Assembly: GCA_013265495.1 (NCBI GenBank)
Contig: MU063499.1
Location: forward strand, 248,001 to 312,000
Source: Vicugna vicugna
Taxonomy: Eukaryota
Reading direction: 5' to 3'
Length of the DNA: 64,000 nucleotides
Below the pieces are notes generated by a model. It made no database searches and had not been told where the DNA came from. It worked only from the letters and a program-made list of their open reading frames with translations. The translations under genes were made by a program, and so were the position numbers. Positions 47,901-58,322 of the stretch are shown one piece after another (positions within the stretch are counted from its first letter, which is position 1; the number at the start of each line of letters is the position of its first letter).

Positions 47901-50670
47901 TCACCTGGTCCTCATAGTCCAGTGGGGCCTGCAGTGTAATGGCCCCTGAGTCTGCATCAATGCGGAACTGGGGCAGGTTGTCTTCCAGGAGATAGGTGAT
48001 TCGAGCATTCTCACCCACATCATCGTCAGAGGCACTGATGACCACTACAGTGCTACCCACTGGCCTATCCTCATTCACACTCACTGAGTAGTGGGCACTT
48101 TGAAAGACAGGTCGGTGAGTGTTGGCATCTGTAATGTTGATGTGCACATAGCAGTGATCATGAAGGGCACGGTCAGATGCAGTTAGCACCAGCTTGAAGT
48201 AGCGTTCCTGCTTGTAGTCCAGTGGCAGAGCCAGTGTCANNNNNNNNNNNNNNNNNNNNNNNNNNNNNNNNNNNNNNNNNNNNNNNNNNNNNNNNNNNNN
48301 NNNNNNNNNNNNNNNNNNNNNNNNNNNNNNNNNNNNNNNNNNNNNNNNNNNNNNNNNNNNNNNNNNNNNNNNNNNNNNNTTCAGCCGTAGGTGGTACTCC
48401 TTCATCGTGAACTCAGGCCGATTGTCGTTAACATCCAGCACAGTCACCGTTACGCTGGCTGAGGCTGAGAGAGGAGGTGAGCCATGGTCTCGGGCCTCCA
48501 CACCAAAGAAGTAATGCTCCACAGACTCACGGTCTAGGGGACCACTCACAGAGACCCAACCAGTGGCACTGTTTATCACAAAGGGTGTATCAGGTGCCAC
48601 ACCAGTGAGGGAGTACTCCAATCTGGCATTCTCCCCATGGTCTGCATCCACTGCCTGAATGTGGATGACTGAGTGGCCCAGAGGTGCATTTTCCAGGACA
48701 GAGACCTGGAAGGGAGTGCTGACAAAGATAGGAGTATGGTCATTGATGTCCACCACCTGGATGCTGGCCAGGCCTGTGTTGTTGGACAGCGGTGGGCGGC
48801 CCGCATCCTGAGCCCGGATGCGCAAGGCATACTCTCTTTCTGCTTCAAAGTCCAGAGGTGCCACCACCTGGATCTCGCCCGTGAGGCTGTCGATGGCAAA
48901 GTGGCCGCGGCTGTTGCCACTGATGATGTTGTAATGCACCAGTCCGTTGGCGTCCTTGTCCCGGTCGGTGGCCGTGACGCGTAGCACCACCGTATGGGGG
49001 CGCACATCTTCGCGCACCTGCGCCACGTAGCGCTTCTCGCTAAACTGGGGCGCGTTGTCGTTCTCATCCAGCACAGTTATGTGCACACGCACGGTGGCTG
49101 ACCGAGGCCCGGGCTCTTGGCCCTGGTCGCTGGCCTCCACTACCAGCTCGTAGTTTTCCATGTGCTCGCGGTCCACGCGACCACTGGTGCTGATGAGACC
49201 CGAGCGCGGATCAATTTCGAAGGCGGCGGCTGCGGCCGCGCGCGCAGCCGGCGGCCCCACAAAGCGGTAACGCAGGTTGGCGTTGGGGGGCGCATCACCG
49301 TCTGTGGCACGCAACTGCAGGATAGGGTAGCCCTCCTCCACGTTCTCACGAAGCGTCTCCCGGTATTGCGCCTGCTCAAATACCGGCGCGTGGTCGTTGC
49401 GGTCGGCCACAGTAACGGCCACCATGGTGGTGGCTGAGAGGCGCGGCGAGCCGTGATCCTGTGCTGTCACGCGCAGGTAGTGGCGATCCATGCTCTCGCG
49501 GTCCAGAGCGGCCTCTGTGCGGATGAGGCCGCTCTGCGGGTCGATGCTGAACAGCTCCAGAGAGCGGCTGTTCATGAGAGCAGCCAGGGAGTAGACTAGG
49601 CGCCCGGCCTCACCCGCGTCTGGGTCCTGAGCCACTACGCGTAGCACCGCGGTACCCGCCGCCTCATTCTCGGGCACTAGCGCCTGGTAGTTGTACTGCG
49701 GAAACTGTGGGTGGCGGTTCGCAGCGCGACGGGGACGGACCCGGCCGGCTGGAGACATTCTCCATACTCCTGGCGGGGCTGGGACCCCAGGGGGGCGCGG
49801 CCCGGGGCGCTGCGGAAGGAAGCGGCGGCGGAAGAGACCATGGGAGCGCATGCGCTCGGGCGTCGGCTCGGGAGCTGTCCGAGACTCGCGGGGTGCTGAA
49901 CCAGACGCGGGAGCTGTCCTCGGTGTGCGAGGTGCTGAATCCAGCTCAGAGCCAGATACCGCAACCTCGGGAGGGCAGTCCGACTGGGGGACTGTCCTCT
50001 TCGCTCGGAATGTCGCGGTTCTCTCTCTCTGACCCCTGCGCCCCGGCGCCCACAACTCCCCGCAGCAGCGCGTGATTCCCACTTTTTTGGGGTCACTTCT
50101 CCCAATATTCCTCTGGGAGGACATCGACTGGGAACCACGCAGCCGAACGAGAAGGTCCGAAGGGAAGGGAGAGCTGTTCTCAGGACCCGAGACCCCTGGG
50201 GACAGAGCCTCTGGCGACAGACTCTCTCTTCGCAAGGACCCTGTCCGCCCACAAGAGGAGACCTCTGGGCGCCAGCATAACAGAGATCCTGGTCCTTGTC
50301 CTGTCTCCCGCCCGCGGCTGCCAAATGCCTGGACCCCGTATTCTGCTTCCAGCCTCGGCTGCTCAGAGGGCTTTCGACCGCTTTGGGCGCTTTGCTTTTC
50401 CCTTCGGAGCCCCACGAAGGCAGGTTCCCTGAATCCCAGGCCAGGCTCTCCATCCTCTCGGACCCCAGGCGGCTCGGGACAAAGAGCTAAGGCTCCGCCA
50501 CCGATCCGCGCCCCTGGCCCAGTAGCGGCAACTACCCCCGGGTCCCAGTCTTGGCCCTTGCAGCCCCCCAGCTCCTCCTGGCTAAGAGGGAACAAAGAGA
50601 GGAGGAGCAGGAGCAGGAGTAGTGGGGTCGTCGGCCCCCTGAGACCCCACCACGGCTGCCGCCTCGCCAT
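26981..50670 (-). CDS. CELSR3: Cadherin EGF LAG seven-pass G-type receptor 3 (adhesion GPCR, planar cell polarity)
   Basis: Exons: 46929-50670, 45460-46110, 44905-45130, 44527-44642, 44083-44171, 43818-43975, 43116-43279, 42734-42859, 42474-42643, 41835-42020, 41143-41259, 40589-40760, 40291-40432, 40070-40190, 39568-39751, 39160-39261, [microexon 38929-38943], 37606-37700, 37245-37454, 36805-37000, 36397-36552, 35809-35983, 35042-35209, 34693-34819, 34400-34606, 34019-34193, 33704-33816, 33178-33257, 32526-32649, 32006-32122, 31751-31899, 31369(or 31363)-31478, 30902-31060, 30148-30348, 28456-29344, 26981-27008. Phases consistent. Signal peptide, cadherin repeats, EGF, LamG, EGF-laminin, HormR, GAIN/GPS, 7TM, tail ending VPRSESHS*. 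Confidence 0.98.
27200..27330. mobile_element. MIR fragment
   Basis: cattttgcagatgaggaaactgaggctcagagaagtcaagt core. Confidence 0.7.
27661..27807 (-). mobile_element. tRNA-derived SINE (camelid Vic-1-like)
   Basis: ggaggtactgggatggaacccaggaccttgtgcatgctaggcatgtgctctaccacttgagctataccctcccc, with (TTA)n tail. Confidence 0.85.
33295..33370. repeat. GA-rich (GAGACA)n microsatellite in a CELSR3 intron
   Basis: cagagagagacagagatagtgagagacagacagagacagagacagagagagg. Confidence 0.8.
38108..38195. repeat. Compound (CT)n/(TCGC)n/(CA)n microsatellite
   Basis: ctctcgctcgctcgctcgctctctttctct...gacacacacacacata. Confidence 0.85.
38511..38900. repeat. Degenerate tandem repeat (about 29-30 bp unit) next to the CELSR3 microexon donor
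   Basis: Unit approximately ggtctgcagggacctcaggcagtgggagg, about a dozen diverged copies. Confidence 0.65.
38929..38943 (-). CDS. CELSR3: CELSR3 15-nt frame-preserving microexon (adds 5 aa: G-LRGA-G)
   Basis: Minus strand ...tttctcttggcttctgggcAG|GATTGCGGGGTGCAG|GTAAG; phase 1/1, matching the flanking exons. Confidence 0.8.
48240..48379. other. Assembly gap (140 N) inside CELSR3 exon 1
   Basis: N run; reading frame is preserved across it. Confidence 0.99.
49871..49939 (-). promoter_or_regulatory. Two tandem long-spacer RE1/NRSE elements within CELSR3 coding exon 1
   Basis: Minus TTCAGCACC-TCGCACACCGA-GGACAGCTCC (49939-49910) and TTCAGCACC-CCGCGAGTCTC-GGACAGCTCC (49900-49871). Confidence 0.55.
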
Positions 50671-51057
50671 CACCCACCGCTTCCCCACACCGCCTCCACT
50701 GTCCCCCGCCCGGGTCCAGACCTTGGGCCCGCCTCGCTGCTCGGGCCCCCACCCGAACCCCTTCCGCCGCCCCAATCCCCCGCCTCTCTGCCCGTCGCTC
50801 CGCGCCGCCGCCACCCTCTGGACACCATCTACTCCGTGGCCAGAGCCCCTTTGACGTGTGGGCCCGGCTTTTGCTGCCCCCACCATAGCATCCCCGACGC
50901 TGCTGCCGCCTCCCGCCGCTCCAACATGGCTCCCGGCCGCTGTGATGGTTCATTCCACCTCCGCCCGGAAGCCCCAAACCCAATGGTACAGGCCGTCGCG
51001 CATGGCAGCTCTATATACCGAAGTTGTTGCAGCCATCTTTATTGAGGGCAGGGTATA

Positions 51058-51078
51058 AGTGCTACCCACGGTGCTGAA
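51058..51078 (-). promoter_or_regulatory. Canonical RE1/NRSE (REST site) upstream of CELSR3
   Basis: Minus TTCAGCACCGTGGGTAGCACT versus consensus TTCAGCACCnnGGACAGCGCC. Confidence 0.7.
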
Positions 51079-51739
51079 CAGGGCGCGAAGGTTCACCACC
51101 CCTGGATCCACCCTCCTCCTCGTGGCCACCGCCCTCATCCGCCTCCCTCCCTCTAGAGCGCTGTCCCAGCTCCGTCTCCCAGCCTTTCCTCTGCTTGTGT
51201 ATCTCTTGTCCCCCTTCCTGAGCACTAGTTCCAAACCCTGCCTGTCCCGGATTTTGGTCTGAAAATTTGGTGCCCATGACATGCAGAGAACGCGTTCTCA
51301 CGACTATTGGGTGGGAATACCATGTGGAATCCTGGGTTTGGAGGGGACGATGGCTCGACGGGGCCTGGGGCGCCTCCAGCCCCCAAAATAACTTTAACTA
51401 TTCGATCATTGAGTTTTAAGTCATGAAACATGTCGCGACCATCTGCTTGGAGCGCCCCACGGAGCAGGGATAGGAGGTGACCTGCCCGAGGCGGAAGCAG
51501 AGGCCAAACTCTTCCCGGCCTTGCCGACCCACAGCAGTCTCCTTGGCTGGGGCTCTTCCACTGGAAGCTACACCCGTCTCCAGGCGGCGAGTCTCGAGTG
51601 CTCTGGAATGCCACGTGGAACCCGGCGTTGCCACAAGCCTACGGACCCGGCTTCCTCGGGTCCCCGCCCCTCTCCCGCTACGACCGCGTCCCTTAATCCG
51701 TTGAAGGGACTAATAGAAGCTCAGTTCTCCTGGCGCTGT

Positions 51740-52350
51740 GTAACTCCTGGCTGACGTCGGGCTGCCTGACCAATGGGCAAACGCCGCGGAATAGACGTCA
51801 CAGAAGACAAGTCAGGGCGGGAGGGCAGGGAAAGCCGACCGTTCCTATCGAAAATTCACTGTTTCTATTGGCACAATGGGTGGCTCCGCCCCTATGGCGG
51901 ACTCATTGTTTGGTGGGAGGGGGCTCCGCGGGTTCCAGGATAGCCCGGAGAAATAACCCAGGAGGTGCTCTGCAAAGTCTGCAAAGGCAGCAGCGACAAC
52001 GGGCTGCAGCTCATCGGGAAAACGGCGCAGGCGTCCCTGGACCGCGGAGAGGTTAAGGGCTGAGTGCCGAAATACTCCAAGGGGCGCGGCTCCTGCTTGG
52101 AACCGGCGGAGAACTCCAGGATAAGGCCTCTGGCCCGCCCCAAATGGTACCTATGACATCACCATCAACCAGTCAGACAGCACATTCTTAGCCCCCAGCC
52201 CCTGACTTCCGGGAGGCGGGGCTCCTGTGGGCTCCGCCCCCGAGGGCCTCACGTGACTACGGAGAGCTGTTGGAAGGGCTCTGGTGGTACCGTCCCGTGT
52301 CTCTACATGAGGACCCTAAGGCCAGAGCCAGATATACGGTCCTATAAGCG
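51740..52350. promoter_or_regulatory. Second promoter-like motif cluster upstream of CELSR3 (possible divergent lncRNA promoter)
   Basis: CRE-like 51752-58 and 51794-800; CCAAT 51770-74; ATTGG 51867-71; GC boxes; ETS ACTTCCGG 52205-12; E-box TCACGTGA 52249-56. Confidence 0.55.
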
Positions 52351-53826
52351 TGAAGGTGTAGCATCTGAAGAGGCGCTGAAGTCGGGACTCGGTTGGATGG
52401 GGGTCCAGTCCACGAAGGAGCTGGAGGAGGGAGGCCAAAGACATGGTTCTGAACGCATATCCGGCCTTCAGGTCCACAATCTAGCTAGTGGAAGGCAGAA
52501 AACTTTACACTAACGGAGGAGAGAGAAAGGTAGGGGGATGCTGGGGTCCCAGAGGAGGAACTTGAGCAGCCAATGTAGCAATCTGGGAAAGCTTCCCAAC
52601 GAAGATGCTTGAGCAGAGCCTTGAATAGCCAAGAGAAGGTCGGCAGTTTCAAGGGAAGGGGGAGCCATCCTAGGTCTTAGAAGCTGTGTGGGCAAAAGTG
52701 CAAAGGCATAAAGGGACCGTGGCCAAGGGAAGTCAAGCCCAGCTCTCCACTAGGGCTAGCACTGCCCTCAACTGATGCTCCTCGTGGAGAGCCAAGACCT
52801 ACACCTCTCCTTGACTCCCCTGTCGACTGCAGATGGCTCTCTGTGTCGCTCCCTGCCATTCAGCATCCACCATTGTCCTTTGTGGCTGCTGTTCCATGTA
52901 ATCCTCCCCCTCCCCATCTACACTCACTTCTATGCCACACCCCCAGTGGCAGCTTCTAATGTTCCCTGTAAAGACAAAAATCAAGTATAGTTTCTCTTTC
53001 CAAGTCCTCTTTCCACTGCCATCTAGAACATCTCAGCCACTCACCTCATGCTTTTTTCTCCCTACTCTGTGTTTGCCCCCTCCTTCCTCCCAGTCAAGTC
53101 AGGGATACCTTGCTGGGAGATGAGGTCAGAAGACCTGGCCAACCCATCCAGCTCAATTATCCAACAGTTCTTTGATCTCACTAAGACTTCCAATCTATTA
53201 TTCGTCACCTCACCTTAACCATTAGCCAGTCCTATAACAACTTCTTAGACAAACTCACTGGGCTAAAATCTAACCCCACTTGAAATAGACTATTTGGGAA
53301 TTCCTCATCTTTGGAGAAGCAGAGCATTGCTAGAGAAAAACGTTTCACATTCATGACCACAAACCTCAGTATTATATTGGAGGGCCTTGCCAGTGCAGTA
53401 AGGCAAAATTAATTAATTAATTAAAAGGTACAAGGATTAGAAAGGAAAAAATTCATTCAAAGGCAACAGGAATGTGTACGTAAAAAAAATCCAAAAGAAA
53501 TTTTGTCAGTTGTAATTTTTGTGTATCAAGTTAAAAAATAAAATTTTAATGATGCTATTTACAATAGCATCATGTAACATAAAATGCCAGGAATAAATAT
53601 AATGAAAGATATGCTATGACTCTTCTCACACACACATAGACATTAAACATTGTGATAATCATTTCATGATGTATGTAAGTCAAATTATTATGCTGCATAC
53701 CTTAAACTTACATAGTGATATGTGTCAATTATATCTCAGTAAAAACTGGAAAAAAAAACATTATTGACAGAAATAAAGACATAAGTGGAGTGAAAAACTA
53801 TGTTCAAAGATTTGGAAGATTCAACA

Positions 53827-54285
53827 CAGACATACCTCAGAGATATTATGGGTCCAGTTCCAGACCACTGCAGTAAAGCAAATACCACAGTAAAGCGAGT
53901 TACATGAATTTTTTGGTTTCCCAGGGCACATAGAAGTTATGTTTAGACGACACTCTTGTCTACTAAGTGTGCAATAGCATTATGTCTAAAAAAAGTACAT
54001 ACTTTGATTAAAAATTACTTATTGCTTAAAAATGCTATCATCTGAGCAGTCAGCNNNNNNNNNNNNNNNNNNNNNNNNNNNNNNNNNNNNNNNNNNNNNN
54101 NNNNNNNNNNNNNNNNNNNNNNNNNNNNNNNNNNNNNNNNNNNNNNNNNNNNNNNNNNNNNNNNNNNNNNNNNNNNNNNNNNNNNNNNNNNNNCCAAAAG
54201 ACTTGCTTGATGCAGGGTTGCCCACCGACCTTCAATTTGTAAAAGATGCACTTTATGCATAGTGCAATAAAATGAGGTATGCCTG
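53827..54285 (-). mobile_element. Tigger1-derived MITE, second copy, containing a 139-N gap
   Basis: Terminal inverted repeats CAGACATACCTC...GAGGTATGCCTG; colinear with the 12785-13249 copy. Confidence 0.8.
54055..54193. other. Assembly gap (139 N)
   Basis: N run. Confidence 0.99.
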
Positions 54286-54357
54286 ACTGCAAAGATGCCA
54301 ATTCTTCCCAAATGATACATGGATTCAATGCAACTCTGATAGAAATCTCAGTAGAAA

Positions 54358-54359
<2 letters not shown>

Positions 54360-54397
<38 letters not shown>
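54360..54397. repeat. (TG)n microsatellite, about 19 units
   Basis: Directly visible. Confidence 0.95.
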
Positions 54398-54400
<3 letters not shown>

Positions 54401-57400
54401 CTGACAAACTAGATTCTAAAATGTTATGAAGGCCAGGAATACCCAAGACAGTCCTGAAAAAAACCCAAGTAGGAGAACAGCTTCCTCTGCTGGATATAAA
54501 GAAAGCTATAGAAACCAAGACTGAATGTTGCTGGTTCAAGAATAGACAGACCAATGAAACAAAATCCAGAGAGGGGCTTGAAGATGTGTGGAGACTTGGA
54601 TATTGACAAGGGTGGCTCTTAAGAGCCAACATGAGGAAAGGATGGCCTTTTCAATAAATGGTGCCGAGTCAACTGGACATCCATGCAGAACAAACTCAGT
54701 GAGATCCTTACTTCATACTACCCACACAATCAATTCCAGATAGATTTGACATATGAAAAGAAAGACAATACAGCTTTGAGAAGAGAACACAGAAGCTCTT
54801 CATGACTTTAGGCAAAGATTTTTTTCAAACAGGACACAAAATATACTCACCATAAAGGAAAATACTGAAAAACTGGATTACATTACAATTAAGAACTTCC
54901 TTTCACCAAAAGATAGCATTAATAATGGAAGAAGATAGTGTAAGATATACGACCCAAGGACTCATATCTGGAATACATACTGCAAACCAATAAAAGACAG
55001 ACAACCCAGCAGATGAATGGGCAAGAGATTTGAACAGGTGCTTCACAAGAGGAGATCCAAATAGAGGTAAACTAATGAAAAGGTGCTTAACTTCTTTAGT
55101 CATTGTGGAGATGCAAATTTAAAAATAAATACTACTGTGCTTCACCAGAATGACTACAAAACAAATGACGGACAATACTAAGTTTCGGAAAAGATATGGA
55201 AGAGCTGGAACTCAGACACTACTGGAGGAGGGTACCTGGGTACAAACACTTTGGAAAACCATTTGGCAATATCTGCCTGTGACTCTGCAGTTCCACGCTT
55301 GAGCGTATACCCCTCAATATAATGCATATGTGCAAGAAGCAGCCACGTACAGCAGTACTGCTTACAGCACTATTCGTGATAGGTGAAACTTGGCGACAAC
55401 TGAAAGATCATCAATAGTGGATAAATAACTGGGGGCGTATCGCACACAGCACTGGGAATGAACACACTGCAACCACATACTATGACACAGACACATCTCA
55501 AAAATTTGATGGTGTGTGACGAAGCCAGCATTTCTACTGTATGATTGCATTTATAAATAAAATTCAAAAACAGGCAAAACTTATCTGTAATTACCTCTAG
55601 GGAGGAGGTCTGGGGAGAAGGGAGGAGCCAATGATTAAGAGGGGCATGCAAATGGGCTTTGGAAACTGGTGACACTCCATTCTTGACCTGGGTGGTGATT
55701 ATATTAGCATCCTGTCATAATTCATTAAGCTGTACTCCTTGTGTACTGTACACTTCTTAGTATGTTGTTCTCCCATTGAACAAGAGAAAAAGACTGTCCT
55801 CACATACTTGGAGCCTTAGTCTGCATCTTTTGGGGGCTAAGCAGGCAGGTGGTCTTCACACAACCCCTTACCCCGGAGTTGCCTTATGCATGTGTGTGGC
55901 CTGTTGTCCTTGGTCATGTCCACATCTGTAGGCACCCATTTCCAGCCCAGAAGTCAGCTCAAACCCCCGCCCCTCATTGCCCCTCAAAATTTGAGTTTTT
56001 TCCTTCAGCCACCCCCCAAACACTCCCCTTTCAGTGGCTTACTTCTTTTTCTGCCCTGTCTCCTGCCTAACCACTTCCTACATCTACCATCCTTCCAGGC
56101 AGTCAGAGGTATTCTCTCAAACAGACAGTTCCTTCCCTGAGGAATTCTCTGGCTAATCATTTCCCCTGGTGGTTGTAATTCTGTGTAGTGAGACCATCAT
56201 CAAGGTGTTTGCTGAGGGGTCCTGGAGTCCTGGACCCTCTTGGTGTATGTTTGCTGCCAGGAGACAGCATTTCTCTGTCAGCTGGGGCTCCTGCCCCCCT
56301 TAAAACATGTACAAGGGGCCCTTGGACAATCAGGCCGAAGCACTCAGGGGCTTATAGTCATCTCGGCATGGGGCCCGCACTGGGACAGATGGCACAGCAC
56401 AGCCCTGCTCTTCCCACAAGGCCAGTGTGTGCAGCCTAACAGGGGACAAAGCAAGGCACGGAGGCCATCAGATGTTCCTGCCTCAGCTTCCTGAGGACTT
56501 GTGCTTACCACTGAATTACGCTGTCTCAGGAGGAGATCCATGGTTCTCTGCCTTCAGCATTCCAAAGAGAAAGGAGTCGTGACTGGAAGCCAGTGCCACT
56601 GATTCCAGCTGTGAAACAGGAGGCACAGGCCTCCAGGAGGAAGGGTGACCAGGTTGTACCACACACAGCTTTCCTGGGGGCCATTTTGTCAGCTCCTCCT
56701 CAGGTCCACGTGAGCCTGTGCACTTAACCTTCTAGAAGAGTCAACAGTTCAGGAAGAACAACTCCCTGTTGGCACATCTCCTGTGCTTTGCTCCCGTGGA
56801 CCTGTTTCCCCAAGACCTCACTCCTAGACTGGCCTTTCTGGGCCCTTGCTGCATTACACTCTGCTGGAAGGGTAATGGCCCTCTGCCTTCAGCACAATGA
56901 GAAAGGAAAAGCGGTGACCAGAAGTCACAGCATCAGTGATTCTGGGTGTGTGCAATCTGATGAGCATCGTCTTGGGTACCACAATGGAGGGAACTGATGG
57001 GATCCACTGCTAGCTGCTGTCTGCCTATTGGTTTGTACTCTCCTCCCCACTTAGGGCGACAGACTTTGTTGACTTGGGAGCCCAAAGGGAAAATAAAGTT
57101 TTTGTCAAACGGTGGCTTCTAATTCCCCTCAAACAGTAGTGCACATCTAACCCCACACCTGAGGTACTCTTTTTGTCCTACCATAATTATCAAATCTGTG
57201 CTGAGGCTGCAAAATGAGGAGATCTTGCTAGATCCAATGACAACTGAGGAAGGGAAACAGCTGGGCAGGCCTAGGGGTTCAGGGAGGCCAGGGCTAGGGT
57301 AGAGCCCACTTCATTTGAGAACAACAGTAAAGGATGTTGTCTTCAACAGGCAAGAGAGAGATGGCATCCAAGGGAGAGAAGGAGGTAAGTGAAGCCTGGA

Positions 57401-57659
57401 GGGGCAGCTACCCGCAGGTGGACCACAGGACTCCCGCTGGCTGTGGCTGCGGCCCAGGAGGACTGGGAACCCAGGGAAGAGAGGCTGGAACAGAGCTCAA
57501 GGGACCCGGATGGAAAGGCCTCTCAGAGACCATTACATCCTCAGGCTGGAGAGGGCAGGGCAAGCTAGTGACGAGATCTGGAGGCCCCAGCGCCCCTGCC
57601 CATCCTCTCCCACTGCCACCCAGGACCATACAGGGAAGCTGGTTTCCAGATGCCTGTGA

Positions 57660-57665
57660 TTTATT
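57660..57665 (-). terminator. NCKIPSD poly(A) signal AATAAA
   Basis: TTTATT on plus, about 660 nt after the TAG stop. Confidence 0.75.
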
Positions 57666-58322
57666 TCCAAAGGTGAGCTGCAGCACATAGGAAAATACAC
57701 ATGGCTTTTCAGTCTACATTTTTACAGAGAAAATAGATTCTGTCATTGGCTTTATCGTTGCCATCACCCCACTCTGTGAGGCTCCAGGATGGATGGCCTG
57801 TCTCCAAGATTCTGCTTTGAAAGCAGCAGCCTGGCCAAGACCTCCAGGGGTGGGAGTGAGGGCTGGGGGAGCAGATCACATGAGCAGCACTCACTGCAAA
57901 GCTAAGGCAAAGAACAGAGCTGGCAGAAGGTGCCTCCTCTCACCCCGAGGACGTGGCTTGCTGAGGCCCAGGACACAGACCAGGCAGGGCGGTTATGAGG
58001 GCTCTGGCCCAGCCTGGAGCAGCAGCAGGACTCTGGGTGTACGTGTGTGGGGGTGGGGGGCATGCTGAAGAGGCAGCCGACCGGGAGATGGAGGGGCTTC
58101 ATTCGGTGCACATGGTCCCCCTGCTCCTGCAGAGCTCCCAGCACATGGTCCGCGATACTGTGCTTGGCCCCTCGCATTAGCTCTACTTCAGGTGGGGGCC
58201 CCTGCTCAGGTCCCTTCCACCATCACCTCCCCTCACACTGTCAGTGTAAAACGTTCTTAGGGCCAAGGCTCCAAGTCCCCTGCACCCTGCCCAGGGCTGC
58301 AGGGAAAGGAGGAAAGGAGGTG

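Larger units (their letters stand above)
53365..55760 (+). mobile_element. Old L1 (ORF2 3' part and 3' UTR), interrupted by a Tigger MITE and (TG)n
   Basis: ORF2-like text: gccagtgcagtaaggcaa...ggattcaatgcaact...atagacagaccaatgaaacaaaatccagag...ttttcaataaatggtgc...cttgacctgggtggtgatta. Confidence 0.75.

Noticed and set aside
50072-50854. 260-aa plus-strand ORF, plus neighbouring 113-133 aa ORFs
   Set aside because: Antisense to CELSR3 exon 1 inside a CpG island, where stop codons are depleted; Pro/Ser/Arg-rich with no recognisable domain.
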